From Eledone cirrhosa (taxonomy: Eukaryota), in the NCBI GenBank assembly GCA_964016885.1, contig OZ024741.1:341682001-341746000 (forward strand): DNA of 64,000 nucleotides, read 5' to 3'. Below, one piece after another: positions 1 to 16,088 of the stretch (within the stretch, counting starts at the first letter, position 1; each line of letters begins with the position of its first letter). The notes under the pieces are model-generated. The model was given only the letters and a program-made list of their open reading frames with translations. It made no database searches and was not told the DNA's origin. The translations under genes and the position numbers were made by a program.

Positions 1-629
1 ATGCCTACCAACACATCTGCACACACACATACAGAAACATACAAACATGCACACACACAGTTCAATGACCCTGACCGACCACTAATTAATTAATATCAAT
101 TATGTCTCCAGCCTCTCCAAAATTTAACCTTTTAATATTAAATCAATTCATTTATTAATTTATTTATTTATTTGTCTTGTTTTACAAAAAATCTTCAAAT
201 GGTGTAGGATTAACCTGTGTGGTTAATAGGTTCACTTTATAACCACATGTCTTTGTGTTCAGTCCTACTACACGGGACCTTGGGCAAGCATCTTCTACAA
301 TAGCCAGAGTTTGACAATTGCTTTTATGTCCATTTTTCCATGTGCAGATTTGCTAATATGTGTGTGTGTGTGTGTGTATAAAACACGGAAGCACATGGTA
401 AGGGTGTTGGACTTATGACCATAATGTTGTGAGTTCAATTCCTGGACTGGGTTGTGTGTTGTGTTCTTGAGCAAAACATTTCGTTTCGTGTTGCTCCAGT
501 ATACTCAACTGAAAATAAGTACCAGCAATAGCTGGAAGTTTAACCTTGCGATTGTCTGGCATCCTGTCCAGGGGGGAGTATTGTACTCTCAGTACAAACT
601 AGCCTGCTGAACCTCCGGGCTTGAGACAT

Positions 630-1064
<435 letters not shown>

Positions 1065-1070
<6 letters not shown>

Positions 1071-1219
1071 ATGTAAAATCCTGACATCAGCACCAAGCAG
1101 TTTTGGCTTGAGCGTTCAGCAAGCCTTTTCAATGGTGTAGTCGCTACACTCTTGAAAAGGTTTGTTGAACACACAATCCAAAAGTGCTTTGCCCAGCAGT
1201 CAGGATTTTACATCTCTCT
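1065..1219 (+). other. ~155-bp imperfect fold-back hairpin
   Basis: AGAGAGATGTAAAATCCTGAC (1065-1085) is the reverse complement of 1199-1219. Inner arms 1114-1132 and 1152-1170 pair with two G-U wobbles. Confidence 0.7.
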
Positions 1220-1442
1220 ATACCCACTCTGCATCTCCCCATGTATCAAGTACTCCCATGATTAGTGGTCTCCTCAGCATCATACAATCTCTCCCTCTCT
1301 CTCATATATATATATATTCTCCGAATTTCCAATCTTTTGTGAAGCGAAACCGTCGGTAATAGCATTTTGGACAGGTGAATATTTAAATCGTATTTTAATT
1401 TATTTAAAAGATTGTTTAATGTTTGCTTGTTCCGCTCATCTC

Positions 1443-1488
<46 letters not shown>

Positions 1489-1974
1489 TCATCATCATCG
1501 TTTAACGTCCATCTTCCATGCTAGCATGGGCTGGACGGGTTTGTCCCACTTAAGGCAAGATTGGTCAAGTGACCGTGTCTCACTTGTATAGAGCTGTTTC
1601 TAGGTTTTCTACGGCTGGATGCCCTTCCTAACACCAACCACATTATATATTTATAGTTTTCCAATGTTCGTATGATTCAGCTAATCCCTTACCCTAACCT
1701 AGGGCTAAATAACAACAACAACACATACACATAAACACACACATAAGCACACACACAAACACGCACATACATACACACATACATACACAAACACATACAC
1801 ACAGAAACACACACACACACACACATACATACAAACACACACACAGACCCCAGACACACGTGTTCCATTCCTCATCTTCCTACCATCTGATGGAGAAAAA
1901 TATGTTTGTTTAATAATTAAATATAATTAATTATATTTAAACAATTGCCTTCTGTAGTTACACAGTCACACACA

Positions 1975-4090
1975 CACACATACACACATATATATACATA
2001 CTGACATAGACACAGAGACATACACATCCACACACTCATACATATATACACATACTGACATAGACACAGAGACACACACATATACACATAGACAGACACA
2101 GACATACACACACAGATACATATATACACATACTGACATAGACACAGAGACACACACATATACACATAGACAGACACAGACATACACACACAGATACATA
2201 TATACACATACTGACATAGACACAGAGGCATACATATATACACACACACATACATATACACATAGACAGACACAGACATACACACACAGATACATATATA
2301 CACATACTGACATAGACACAGAGACACACACATATACACATAGACAGACACAGACATACACACACAGATACATATATACACATACTGACATAGACACAGA
2401 GACACACACATATACACATAGAAAGACACAGACATACACACACAGATACATATATACACATACTGACATAGACACAGAGGCATACATATATACACACACA
2501 CATACATATACACATAGACAGACACAGACATACACACACAGATACATATATACACATACTGACATAGACATAGAGGCATACACATATACACACACATACA
2601 TATATACACATAGACAGACACACACACACAGATACATATATACACATACTGACATAGACACAGAGGCATACATATATACACACACACATACATATACACA
2701 TAGACAGACACAGACATACACACACAGATACATATATACACATACTGACATAGACACAGAGGCATACATATACACACACACACATACATATATACACATA
2801 GACAGACACACACACACAGATACATATATACACATACTGACATAGACACAGAGACACACACATATACACATAGACAGACACAGACATACACACACAGATA
2901 CATATATACACATACTGACATAGACACACACATATACACATAGACAGACACATACATATATACATAGACAGACACAGACATACACACACAGATACATATA
3001 TACACATACTGACATAGACACAGAGGCATACACATATATACACACACACTCATACATATATACACGTACTGACATAGACACAGACATACACATACACACA
3101 CTCATACATACATACACATACTGACAGACACATAGACATACACATACACACACAGATACACACACCACCTCCACCATATACATGCATCCACACATGTACA
3201 CACATTACTGTATACTCCACCCCACATACACACACTATTGTATATTGCATACCACTCCCACACACACACACATAAACCTAGACATACATACGCACTGTCT
3301 ACTCCACTAAATGCACACATACTAGCATATATCTCACTACAACACACATACACACACACACTACTACTGTACTCTGCCACATATGCATGCAAGACCCATA
3401 CACATACACAACTGTATATCTCACTACATACACATATACATACTTGCAAGACACAAATACACACATATACAAACACACTATCCTCTGTCACACATACATG
3501 CAAGACACAAACATACACTATACTCCACCACACATACATGCAAGGCACTAACATACATATACACATATACACACACACACTATACTCCACCACACATACA
3601 TGCAAGGCACTAACACACACATACATATACACACACACACTATACTCCACCACACATACATGCAAGGCACTAACACACACATGCATATACACACACACAC
3701 TATACTCCACCACACATACATGCAAGGCACTAACACACACATGCATATACACACACACACTATACTCCACCACACATATATGCAAGACACAAAAACACAC
3801 TATACTCCACCACACATACATGCAAGGCAGAAACACACACATACATATACACACACACACTATACTCCACCTCACATTAATGCAAGGCATACATATATAC
3901 ACACACACTATACTCCACCACACATACATGCAAGGCATACATATAAATACACACACACACTATACTCCACCACACATACATGCAAGGTATACATATATAT
4001 ACACACACACACTATACTCCACCACACATACATGCAAGGCACAAACACACACACTATACTCCGCCACACACACATATACACACACATACA
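1975..4090. repeat. CA-rich compound minisatellites (two blocks, second with ~50-60 bp unit CACTATACTCCACCACACATACATGCAAGG)
   Basis: Recurrent motifs CATACTGACATAGACACAGA (1975-3150) and TATACTCCACCACACATACATGCAAGG (3460-4070). Confidence 0.9.
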
Positions 4091-4332
4091 TAAACGATGC
4101 AAACACGTACATACACACAAGAGATTTATCTTCCATATTTCTTATTAAATTTACTTTCACTTCAAAGGCAGTAAAACTATTTCTCAACAGAAATATAATT
4201 TATGGATATTAATTCGTTATTTCCTCTCACCCCATATTAATACGCTTGCCCTCCTTGTCACCCTAAATACTAGCATTAATTTATATAGTAGTAGACCCAT
4301 GCCATCAATAAGAATGAAATAGCGTTGAATAT

Positions 4333-4740
4333 ACAGGGTGATTGAAAAGTATCTCCCTATTTTAAAATTCTTATAATTTATTTCTTAACTATAATTTTTA
4401 CAAGAAATAAATATGAGAAGAAAGTGTATAGCAAGGAGTTTTATTTAAAATTCAATATGGGCACCAGCATTTGCCACCAGCTTCTCAAGCCACCCAGGAA
4501 CCGCATCAACTAATTTCACCAGGAACTCTTGTGGGATGGAAGAAATAACTTCTCATATTTGCCCTTCAAGTTCTTCCAAAGTTGTTGGTTTGGTAAAGTA
4601 GACTTGCTCCTTTAATCAACTTCAAAGAAAAAAGTTGCCAGGTGTTAAGTCAAGGCTTCTGGCTGGCCACTCATGCAGACCACGATGGCCCATCCATCTC
4701 CCAGGAAAGTGGGCATTCAGCCATTCACGAACAACAATAG
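4333..4740 (-). mobile_element. Tc1/mariner DNA transposon remnant
   Basis: TA|CAGGGTG terminus at ~4334. Minus-strand translation gives WPARSLDLTP...LKEQVYFTKPTTLEEL, a degenerate form of the WPxxSPDLNP transposase motif. Confidence 0.65.
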
Positions 4741-5982
4741 CAAAATCAAATCTTCAACATTCTCCCAAGTACTGATAACTGACCAGATTTCATCTTGCAG
4801 CATGGTGAGTTACCTTTCAGCATTCAATAGGGAGTTACTTTTCAATTACTCTGTATTTAATTTTTGGAGTTCAGAAGTAGAGTTGTTGAAACATGGAACA
4901 AACTACCTGCATCAGTTGTTAGCTGTTGGGACACTGCATCCTTCAAAACTTCCATGCTTGCCGAAATTCACCAACACTACACCTGATATTCCCTCTCCAT
5001 ACACACGCATGCATATATCTGTGTGTATATCATGACTCATACACTGTTCACTTTCCTGACATTTGTACATTATTCTATGTACTATACATGTACCTTTGAT
5101 GAGTTGTAGTACACCTGAGCACTGTACACAATGATTTTCATTATTCTTATCATTGTTATTATGCCATATATATCAGGATTACTGGATATATAAGTAATCA
5201 TACAAACTGGTAAATTTCCATTTTGTTAAGTTAAAGGTTTACATATGAGAAATTTTATAGTTTATGTTTATTACTTACATGTGAAAGTGATTAAAGTCAA
5301 GAATATTTTAATAATTTATTTCTAGACTATAAATACATAAATGTTCGGCATATATGTATAAATGACATACAGGATAAAATATGTGTGTAACCTTGGAGAA
5401 ATAGATATCAATATAGTTAAATGTAAAGATCAGAACCTTGTGATTTGAAAGTGAACTTAATGTGCTAACATAACTGATATAGGAAATGCATTGTATGCAT
5501 CTGTATGTTTATGCATTTTAAAAAGTTACAGACAGACTACAAATATATATCATCATCATCGTTTAACATCTATTTTCCATGCTAGCATGGGTTAGACAAG
5601 TTGTCCCATTTGAGGCAAGATGGGTCAGGTGACCATGTCTTACTCATATAGAACTGTTTCTGGCTAGGTTTCTACTGATGGATGCCCTTCCCAATATATA
5701 TATACAGTATATATATATATACATATGTATATATATATCATCATCATCGTTTAATGTCTACTTTCGCTGTTAACAGGGGTTGGATGAGTCTTCACAGACC
5801 AAGTCTGTACTAAAGCGGGGCCACTGACCTTCTAGACAAGCTAGTGGTTTGTATGTCACTTACATATGGTTCTGCATTTCATCAAGTGCATTTTATTATG
5901 ACACTGGCACTAGAGAGGTTGTGATGTACACAACTATTAAATATACAAAAACACATGATGTATTAAAGTTGATGGTTTAAAA

Positions 5983-6200
5983 TAGGGCAGTGGATTGACA
6001 GAATCATTAGAGTGTTAGACAAAATGCTTCATGGTATTTTGTGAGTTCTTTACATTCGAATCTCACTGAGGTCAACTTTGCCTTTCATTCCTATGCAGTC
6101 AATAAAATAAAGTACCAGTCAAGTACTGGCGTCAATTTCATCAACTTTACCATTCTCCAAAATTGCTGCCCCTGTGCCTAAAGCAGAAACCATTATTATA
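5983..6200 (+). mobile_element. tRNA-derived SINE, family B (diverged copy)
   Basis: Core GTCAACTTTGCCTTTCAT...ATAAAATAAAGTACCAG is shared with copies at 25602, 36708, 60083 and 63878. Confidence 0.7.
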
Positions 6201-7255
6201 TGGTTTAATCTAGGTGCACTACAAGACTGAAGAGACTGACCCCAACGCCAGCATATAATAGTTAATAAAGTTCTCCATGAGATTCAGCATGACATAATGT
6301 GTAACAAGGCTGACCCTTTGAATTACAGGTACAGTCCATCTTATATTATACTGTAAGTGGCTGAGTATTCCACATAGACATGCTCCCTTTATGAAGTTCT
6401 CAAGGAAATTCAGCATCACACAGTGTGACATTGGTGACCCTTTCAATTATAGGGACAACTCATTTTTTCCTAGTGAAGTGGACTGGAACAACATGAAATA
6501 AAATGTCTTGCTCAAGGATTACAACATGCCACAGAGAATCAAACTCACAACATTACTGTTTGTGTATGCGTGTTTATATTAGTGTGTTAGTGTTTGCATA
6601 TGTGTGATAGTGTTGGTGTTTGCATATGTGTGTTTGTGTTAGGGCACAACATGTAAGAGAGTGCTAGTGTATGTGTGCTAGTGTATGTGTGCATGCTAAT
6701 GTGTGTGTGTATAAACACTGCCACACTGATAATGACACATAGACTCACATTTATATATTGACATAGTGATGTCACACGCATGGATACACACATACACACA
6801 CACCTGTAGTGTAATAAAAGGAATAATTTTGAATAATTAATGTCTCCAACTCCTTTCATCTTTCTATGAAATATATAACACAATGGTCTATTATTGTTGT
6901 TGTTGTTGTTATCTACAACAGTAAAAAAAATGCCAACATCTAAAGCATAAACCCACACAAAACCACACACACACAGAGTCACACAAATGCATACAGCCAT
7001 ACACACTGCCACATACACACACCCTCTGTCTCACACACATGCACACACGCACACACTCTCTCTCACACACACACACAATATCCAAAGCATGAATAACAAT
7101 CATAATGATCATATTTCTTTGATAAATATATAAAAGTAATCAAAATAACATTATCACATCATTAACGGACCAACGCTCGATGTACTTCTCACCCACTTCA
7201 GTGTGTCCATAAGTATGTCTGTCTGTATGTGTGTGTGTGTATATATATATATACA

Positions 7256-7336
7256 CAGGATGTCCCCCCCAAAAATGTATGCACATATTTATTAGAATGC
7301 TGTTGAAGTGTGTATACATTTTTTGGGACACCCAGT
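7256..7336. mobile_element. Short mariner-type MITE
   Basis: Imperfect TIRs CAGGATGTCCCC...AAAAATGTAT / ATACATTTTTTGGGACACCCAG; a related end occurs at ~18971-19020. Confidence 0.55.
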
Positions 7337-7337
7337 G

Positions 7338-7431
<94 letters not shown>

Positions 7432-7559
7432 CGTACACACACACATAAAATCCTAAATTTTTAGCTGGCAAAAATGAGTTGTACCTGTAATTCAAAGAGC
7501 GAACATAGTTACACAATCACAATGTGTCGTCACACTGAATCTCCCTGAGAACTATGGTA

Positions 7560-8015
7560 ATGAAAGAGAGAGAGAGAAAGATGATGATGAGGAGAGGAAG
7601 GGAAGAGGAAGGGAAGAGAGGAAGGGAAGGGAAGAGAGGAAGGGAAGAGGAAGAGAAGAGGAAGGGAAGAGAAGAGGAAGGGAAGAGAGGAAGGGAAGAG
7701 GAGAGGAAGGGAAGAGGAAGGGAAGAGAGGAAGGGAAGAGGAAGGGAAGAGGAAGAGAAGAGGAGAGGAAGGGAAGGGGAAGAGAAGAGGAGAGGAAGGT
7801 AGGAAGGGAAGAGGAAGGGAAGAGAGGAAGGGAAGGGAGGAGGAAGAGGAAGGAAGGGAAGGGGAAGAGAGGAAGGGAAGGGGAAGGGAAGAGAGGAAGG
7901 GAGGAGGATGAAGAGAAAGGGAGGGAGAGGAAGAAGTAGAGGAAAAATATAGATATATATGATCTAATCAAAGAGGAAGTTGTGGTCACATTTTGAATAG
8001 AGAAGAGATGAATGT

Positions 8016-8046
<31 letters not shown>

Positions 8047-8107
8047 AAGAAGAAGAAGAAGAAGAAGAAGAAGAAGAAGAAGAAGAAGAAGAAGAAGAAG
8101 AAGAAGA
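7560..8107. repeat. Purine-rich GGAAG repeat and (AAG)n
   Basis: Read directly from the sequence. Confidence 0.95.
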
Positions 8108-8429
8108 ATTGAGAAGATGAAATAAATTGAAATCAATGTGAAGTTGGACTTGCATGCTGATGAGAAGAATATTTATTGTTCTAACATCTCCCTCTGTTAT
8201 TGATCAATATTGATTTCTAATCAAACAGTGTTTATTTTCCTTACTTAATTTAGTTTTCCCTATAGAAAAGAAGGAATTCCATTGATATCCTAAACTCCTA
8301 TTCCAGGGAAAGAAATGAATAAAAAATACATAAATTATTTTTAAAAATGGCATTTATTTGATGAAGTTTCTAAAAATGCTGCAGACATGGCTGTGTGGTT
8401 AAAAAGTTGACTTTGCTACAATCTCATTT

Positions 8430-9520
8430 CAAGTTTGATTCCATGGCACCCAAGAGCTAAGAAGGCTCCACAGCAACCATGCAATATCCATTTTGAGAAA
8501 AATCTTTGCCTGCTTTGGGTCCCAAAGGGGTGTTGTGCTGCCTTGCAAAAATTTCTCATGGAGGCCCTGAAGAGGCCAGCTAAACCTACATAAGTGTGAG
8601 CCTTGAAAAAAAAACAAATGAAATGTACAGCTTACACGTATGTAGGTAGGTTTAGCTGGCCACTTAAAAGGTTGTGTCTCAGAGGAGGTTTCTTGAGTGT
8701 TTTAATGGTAGTCCTACCCCAACCCTGGCCTTATCATGCTGTTGTTACAGCTCACACCTATGTAGGTTTAGCTGGCCTCTTCAGGGCCTACAAGAGAAAT
8801 TTTGCAAGGCAGTACAAGACCCTTTTGGGGCCCAAGATTTTTCTCAAAATGGATGTTGTATGGTTGCTGTGGAGCCTTCTTACCTCTTGGACACCGGAAC
8901 AAAGTACCAACTGGACCCCCCTCTCATAGGCCCTGGGCCTCTTACAAGAATGTACATCATAGGAGGTTTCTTGGATGTTCTAATGATAGCTCCATCCCAA
9001 CCCTAGTCCTATCATGTTGCTGTTGTTACTGCTCACACTTATGTAGATTGAGCTGGCCTCTTACAAGAATGTATATCATAGGAGGTTTCTTGGGTGTTTT
9101 GATAATAGAAGACCCAGTCCTGTCATGTATATTATAATTCACACCTATGTAGGTTTAGCTGATTTCCTATGAGCTTACATCTCATAAGTAGTTTATTGGG
9201 TGTTTTAATGACAGGAGCTTTGGTGATGGTTGTTACAGCTCACACTTATGTAGGTTTAGCTGGCCTCCTATGACCTATCTCATAGGAGGTTCCTTGGGTG
9301 TTTTAATGATAGGGGCTTCTATTCCTACCATGCTGTTCTTACAGTTTACACCTAAGTAGGTATAGCTGGCCTTCTATGAGGATGTATCATAGGTTTCTTA
9401 AGGATTTTAATTATAGGAGCCTCAGTTGTATCATATTGTTATAGCTCCCACCTGTGTAGGTTTAGCTGGCCCCCTATGAGTTTTCATTTCATAGGAGGTT
9501 TCTTAGATGTTTTAGTGATA
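8430..9520. repeat. Diverged ~120-bp tandem repeat with an inverted duplication at its left end
   Basis: Motif ACAGCTCACACCTATGTAGGTTTAGCTGGCC...CATAGGAGGTTTCTT recurs about 7 times; 8450-8601 is the reverse complement of ~8750-8890. Confidence 0.75.
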
Positions 9521-11090
9521 AATATTAGATATCAATTACAGTATCCTTTCCATCACCATGATATCCTAAACATTATAACATATGGTGTGATATCAAGTAA
9601 TATTGAATGACTTACAATATCATCTACATCAAGAAGGTACAAATCACCATTGTTGTTTTACTCTCATCATTTCAAGATCACATTTACCATTGCAGCCTAC
9701 TATATTTAATATTGTTCACAGAAGTACTGGACTAAATATGACAAGTTTTAAGCCAGAAAGAGAAGTTGAAATTTGTATAAAATGAGTCTATTTACTTATT
9801 TGCCGTGTGTAACACAAATGACCTTAGCATTAGTTTCTGGAGGTGTCAACATTGGGATAAACAATTATAGATACTGTCTAAAATATTGAAGTCATATTAT
9901 ATGCAGGGATGGATTTATTTACTGGATTTAATGCCTTGGCCTCCCCTCTGAAAACAGGGTCCCACTTCAAACAGAGCTCCTAATGCATTTTAAGAATGGG
10001 GCCCTGATTATAAGGCAGTATCATCTGAAACAGAGAAATATCAATCTGTGGATGCAGAAGTAGATATTTAAAAAAAAATTATGATCAAATATTACCTTTA
10101 TAAAATAGAAAGATATAATAGTAGCACATGAGGACATTCTCTTGAGTTGAGCAAAATATATGCAAGGAGAATTACATCATTAGGTGAAGTGCGAAGAACA
10201 AATTCTTGCTATGAAAAAATATGTACGTACAGATATTTGTGTACATATATATGTATAATTTTCTTACTCTATATTTTCATTAACACATGCATCCACACCA
10301 TAGACCATCCTTAGTCCTTAGTCTGAAAATATTTACCTTACTTATTAGTATTAGCCTATTAATATTTATTATTATAATTACTAGTATTATTTTTTTTATT
10401 ACCATTATTGTTGTTATTGTTTCTACTTTTGGCACAAGGCCAGCAACATCCTGATTCACATTGACACACTGCCTTGCAATGCGGAACACCACCCATCTCT
10501 GATCTTCTCGTCACAACATTGGCAAACCTCCTACTCTCAGCCTCCGTGTGTGCTAAGTACACCTGACGTCTAGCTTCTCTCTTAGCGGCTGTGTATCAGT
10601 CTCTACTCCCACCATTTTTCCAAGTGTTCCATGTTAGTCTTTTGTCTCTAATGGCTCTATCTACCATGCTGTTCCACCACCAGGTCACTCTCTGTCTGGT
10701 CGGAGCTCTGTTCCAGCCACTAGTTTCTTCAGTAAGAAATTCCAGTTATCATCTATCTCATATGATTCTAAATCGTCTTCTTTCTCGTCATACACACCTT
10801 GAAGGCCTTTGCTAAATTTATATTTTAGTGAAAGGTCTTTTAGCTTCCAGGCCTTCCTTTTCCACACCTTCCTGTATGTCTCATTTTGTCTCTTGATTAT
10901 TGAGATGTCACTAACGACTAATCTATGCTGGGGGGTGTTCAATGTGAGTGTGTGTTAAATGGGGTGTCCACCAAACCTCAAATGCCCCACCGCAAAGGTC
11001 TAAATCAGCTCCTGTTTATATGTACTCAATATCATTGATCATAAATATTTCCCGTCTAACCCATGCTAGCGTGGAAGATGGACGTTAAAC

Positions 11091-11124
<34 letters not shown>

Positions 11125-11399
11125 TGGTCTTAGGCATTTGTATTATTTCTTAAACTACAACAAACTTCAGTGAGTAAACTTACAACCAATTGCTTTCATC
11201 AAGTAGATTTATACAAAATATACCTTGTATTTTTCTAAGCATTAAAATCAATTCTGTTTTGCAACTTACCAACATATCTTATTTTGCTAAATGCTTTTAT
11301 CACACTACTATGCAACAGCAAATTGATGACAACAAATCAGTGACAGCAAAACAATGATAACAAAACAATGACGACAAAGCAATGACAATAAATTGAGGA

Positions 11400-11995
11400 C
11401 AATGAACTGTCTCCTCCGTTACCATAATATTCCAAATATTATTACATATGGCATGATATCAAGCAATAATGAATGTATCCTCTCTCAACCACCATAATAT
11501 CTCATAAAACATTATTAAATATGGTGTGATATCAAACAATAATGAATACTTACTGTATCCTCTCTCGACCACCATAATATCTCATAAATATTATTAAATA
11601 TCAGTAATACCCACTGTTGACTACAGTCTCCTCTCTCAATCACCATAATATCAATCAAATATTATTAAATAGGGAGTGATATCAAGGAATACCCACTGCC
11701 AACTACAAAATCCTCCCTCCATGATGATAATCTCCCTCAAACATTGCATATGATGTGATATCAAGTAGTATCCGCTACTGACTACAATATCGTCTATCCA
11801 CCACCATGATATCTCTCTAAACATAATTTGATATGATGTGATATCAAGTAATACCTACTGCTGACTACAGTATCCTCTCTCGACAACCATAATACCTATC
11901 AAATATTATTACATATGGTGTGATATCAAGTAATATACCACTACCAAGTACAATATCCTCTCTCTATGAAGATAATCTCTCAAACAAATTTGATA
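11400..11995. repeat. Diverged ~80-bp tandem repeat
   Basis: Recurring GTGATATCAAGTAATA...ATCCTCTCTC...ACCATAATATC; a related unit occurs at ~9540-9620. Confidence 0.7.
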
Positions 11996-12285
11996 TCATT
12001 GGTGTGGTGCAGTGTGGTGTGGTGGAGTGTAGTGTGGTGTGGTCTGGTCTGGTGGAGTGTGGTATGGTGGGGTGTGGTACAGATATGACTAAATCTTCTG
12101 GCTACAATCTGCCAGATAGTGAGAAGGTGAATAAACACTAATGATCAATCTATTATTGATAAGTAGATAAAGCTGTCATGTCTGCTTCATTATATACATT
12201 ATATTATTACATCCCTATACTTTAATATAACTGTTGATACATGTCTCTCTCTCATATATATATATTTATATATATATATATATAT

Positions 12286-12343
<58 letters not shown>

Positions 12344-13131
12344 TATATACACACACATATATATTTATACACACACATATATATACACACACATATATAT
12401 ATACATGCACACAACCTCATAACTACACCGGTTTATCTGGTTTTACATGTACTATGAGTGTGTGTGCATTAAATTGTGCACTAAGCATCTGATGTATATG
12501 CCAAATTTATACCTGAAGTGATTTTAAGAGGTTGTACTAAAAATACCTAAATTAGCATGTCCTTTCATTATTACTACTATATTTTAAAGGCTTGTAAGGC
12601 CATCAGATACATATTACCTTATGATTTTTTTATGTACATATTCTCTGAAGAGACCCCAAATCGATTAAAATTATTCAAATTTGTTTTCAATTTTGAGGAA
12701 AATATATAAATAGGAGATGTTTACATGTTTATATACTCAATATCTATATTTATATGCACATTAATGCTGTCTCATTTAAACTCTGTACTATACATGTGCA
12801 GATATAAATTCATATATAACTGATCATCGCAAAGGAGATGACACAAGACCAAACTGAGTAGGATGCATATGAAAAAATAAATAAACTGTGGTAATGTGTC
12901 TGTGAGCATCATTAACACTTGTGTCTGAAGACTGTCACCCTACTCCTGCCCTAATATGTTGTCTTCCCCATGGTCCCAGCCAACAGGGTGGAGAACCAAA
13001 CTGACTGACAATATACTATAATACAAAAGACCCATTCACCAATACAAGTACAACAACACTAAAAGTAAAGATAGTAAGAGACTAGAGGCTACATTTGAAT
13101 ATAAGGTTTGGAAGAACCCTTTTAGTATGAA

Positions 13132-13881
13132 CTAGCAGTAAAGCCCGGCGTTGCTCGGGGTCGCTCAGTAGCTGTGTTAAAGTTACAATGTTAAGTTTCT
13201 TTTTTGGCTTAAAAACTGTAGTGTCTACTGTGCAGACTTGCATGTGGTGTTTTTGATTAATATTCCCTCAACCAACAATATGCCTTATGAAGTTAAGAAA
13301 ACATAACGATAACCCGAATGTTATAACAAAAGAGGATGCTGGGGATAAAAACTGCACTGGTTATTTATTAACAAAGATCGGAAATGTAAACACTGCAACG
13401 CAGAGAAAAACATTAGCGTAACCAAATTATCAGTTATGTCTGTCTGCACGCCTATATCACCTCTCTGCACGACTATCTGTCTGCACGCGTATATCACCTC
13501 TCTGCACGACTATCTGTCTGCACGCGTATATCACCTCTCTGCACGACTGTCTGTCTGCACGCGTATATCACCTTCGTGTATTGTGTTAATGTCATTTTAA
13601 ACGCTGAGAAAGCCAGCGTAATTTTTTTAATTTTTGCACGCAGACGCTCAATGTAAACAGAACAAAGGGAAATAACTGATCACTTACGCTCAAAAATCGA
13701 TACATTATATTCGATTTCGTCAGATAGGGCGGGTCAATTTGAAATATTTTTTTCCGATGTCTTCGCTAGGGCTCAATGTACAAGTATAGTAATTTCGGTG
13801 CAATTCCGTGAGAGATTCTAAGAGGAGATGTGTGCCAAAAATCGATAGACAGACAGACAACCACAGTTTTATATATATAGA
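13132..13881 (-). mobile_element. Non-autonomous Helitron
   Basis: On the minus strand it begins 5'-TC(TATATA...) and ends CCCGAGCAACGCCGGG hairpin + CTTTACTG + CTAG-3'. It is inserted between A and T without a TSD and has an internal 37-bp tandem repeat at 13437-13572. Confidence 0.8.
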
Positions 13882-14084
13882 TAAGCATGTGACAACCTCT
13901 CTAGTGTTGGAGCCATAATAAATTGGGTCCAACACACATTGTAAATAAAGTATTATGTAGGGAACAGTCTGTCACCACTGATTTTTGTTCTGTGCATGGT
14001 ACCACTGACAAGGATTTTGAGGGAAGCTAAGGCTGGGTATGAATTCAAAGGTTGCCAACAAAAGGTTGATATGGGGCAGGGGTG

Positions 14085-15160
14085 TTCATGTGGACAGTAG
14101 AAGAGCTAAACAGCTTAGACCGAAAGACAAGAAAGATATTGACTAGATATGGGGTGTTTCATCCAAAGAGTGACCCAGACAGATTGTATGTATGAAGAAA
14201 AAAGAGGAGTCAAAAACTGATTGGATGTGAAGTCAGCATTAGATTAGAAGAAAACAACATGGCGTGGTACATAAAACTGCATCAAAGCCACTAATGTTGG
14301 AGGTAAGAAGATCAGAGTTGTGTAAAATTGAAGATTGCAAAGATAAAACATAGTACAAGCATTTGAAGACGAAGGAAACTGAAAATAGGTGGACAGAAAA
14401 AAGAATGTATGGACGATTCCATAAAGATGTTGAAGATAAGGCAGACAGAAAAAAACGGTGGTTATGGATGGCTAAAGGTGATTTACAATGGAAACAGAAG
14501 CCTTAATCTATGTTGCTCAAGAACAAGCACTAAGAAACAACTACATCAAACATGGAGTAGACCTCACAGCAAAAAGTGATAAATGCAGAATTTGTGACAT
14601 GAATGGAAAACTGCATAGCATATTACCAGTCAATGTACACCACTAGCTCAGAAAGACTATAAGTAGTGTCATGATAACATAGCAAGGATAATCCATTGGA
14701 CTCTTTGTGGAAAGAATGGACTTGATAGAGCAGAAAAGTTGTATGAACATAAACCCAACGGCGTTATTGAAAATGATAATGCAAAGATCTTGTGGGATTT
14801 TGTGATACAGTGTAACCTTGAAATGGAGTATAGGAAACCAGATATTGTATTAATTGAAAAAGAAAACAAACTGTAGCATGTCCAGCTGATAAGGTATGCA
14901 ATAAAGAAGGGAAAAAGTCGATACAACAGGTTAGCTTGATAGGTTAAGCAGTTGTGGTGACTGAAAAATCTGGAAGTAATACCAATAATAGTTGAAGCCT
15001 TAGGAACAAAAGATCTTGAGAAGTACATTAAACAAATAGGAGTTGTAATACAGGCAGAGCACTTGCAGAAAACAGTACTGCTTAGAACATCTCCAATACT
15101 CCGGAGGGTGTTTGAAAAAAATAAGGGGTGTTACCTCAGTTCACTGGCAGTGAACAGCTG
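14085..15160 (+). mobile_element. 5'-truncated, decayed R4/Dong-type RLE non-LTR retrotransposon
   Basis: Manual translation gives LDRKTRKILTRYGVFHPKSDPDRLY, AQEQAL, CRIC...HITSQC, HDNIARIIHW, ILWDFVIQ and RKPDIVLIEK (CCHC knuckle + restriction-like endonuclease). Stops and frameshifts are present; a (GAT)n tract follows. Confidence 0.8.
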
Positions 15161-15419
15161 ATGAAGATGATGTTGATGGTGATGGGTATGACAATGATGA
15201 CTGATGATAATAATGATGATGATGATGATGATGATAATGATGATAATGAGGATGATGATGATGACCATGATGATGTTGGTGGTATGATGATGATGATAAT
15301 AAGAACAAGGATACTGATGATAAGGAGGAAGGGAAATAAAATGAGGACAAGGATAACAGGGATGATGATGATGATAGCAATGAGAATGGTGGTTATAATG
15401 TATGGAGAAAACTATCTGG

Positions 15420-15975
15420 AAATGTGTGGGGGGAGCGTATGTGTGGTGGGGGTGGGGCGGATGGGGTGGGTGGGGGTGCATTGTGGTGGGGGCGTATTTT
15501 TTATTGTGGTGGGGGTGTGAGTGTATGTGCGGTGGGGGTTTGAGTGTATGTGGGGTGGGGCGTGAGTGTGGGGGTGTGGTGGGGGTGGGGGTGTATGTGT
15601 GGCGGGGGTGTAAGTGTATGTGAGGTGTGTGGGGGAGTGTATGTGGGGTGGGGTGTGAGTGTCTGTGTGGTGGGGGTGTAAGTGTATGTGAGGTGTGTGG
15701 GGGAGTGTATGTGGGGTGGAGTGTGAGTGTATGTGTGGTGGGGGTGTAAGTGTATGTGTGGTGGGGGTGTGAGTGTATGTGAGGTGTGTGGGGGAGTGTA
15801 TGTGTTGTGGGGGTGTAAGTGTATGTGAGGTGTGTGGGGGAGTGTATGTGTGGTGGGGGTGTAAGTGTATGTGTGGTGGGGGTGTAAGTGTATGTGAGGT
15901 GTGTGGGGGACTGAATGTGAGGTGGGGGTGTGAGTGTATGTGTATGTGTGGTGGGGGTGTGAGTGTATGTGTGTT
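15420..15975. repeat. G/T-rich minisatellite (GTGGGGGTGTAAGTGTATGT)
   Basis: Read directly from the sequence. Confidence 0.85.
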
Positions 15976-16088
15976 TATAGGTAGATTGAGAGATATAAAG
16001 ATAGATATACATAAATGGATAAGCAGATACATGTATATATAAACAGATTGGTATATACACAAACATGCCTACACACACACATATATAT

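Noticed and set aside
8157-8190. CTGATGA followed by a weak hairpin
   Set aside because: No GAAA or stem III.
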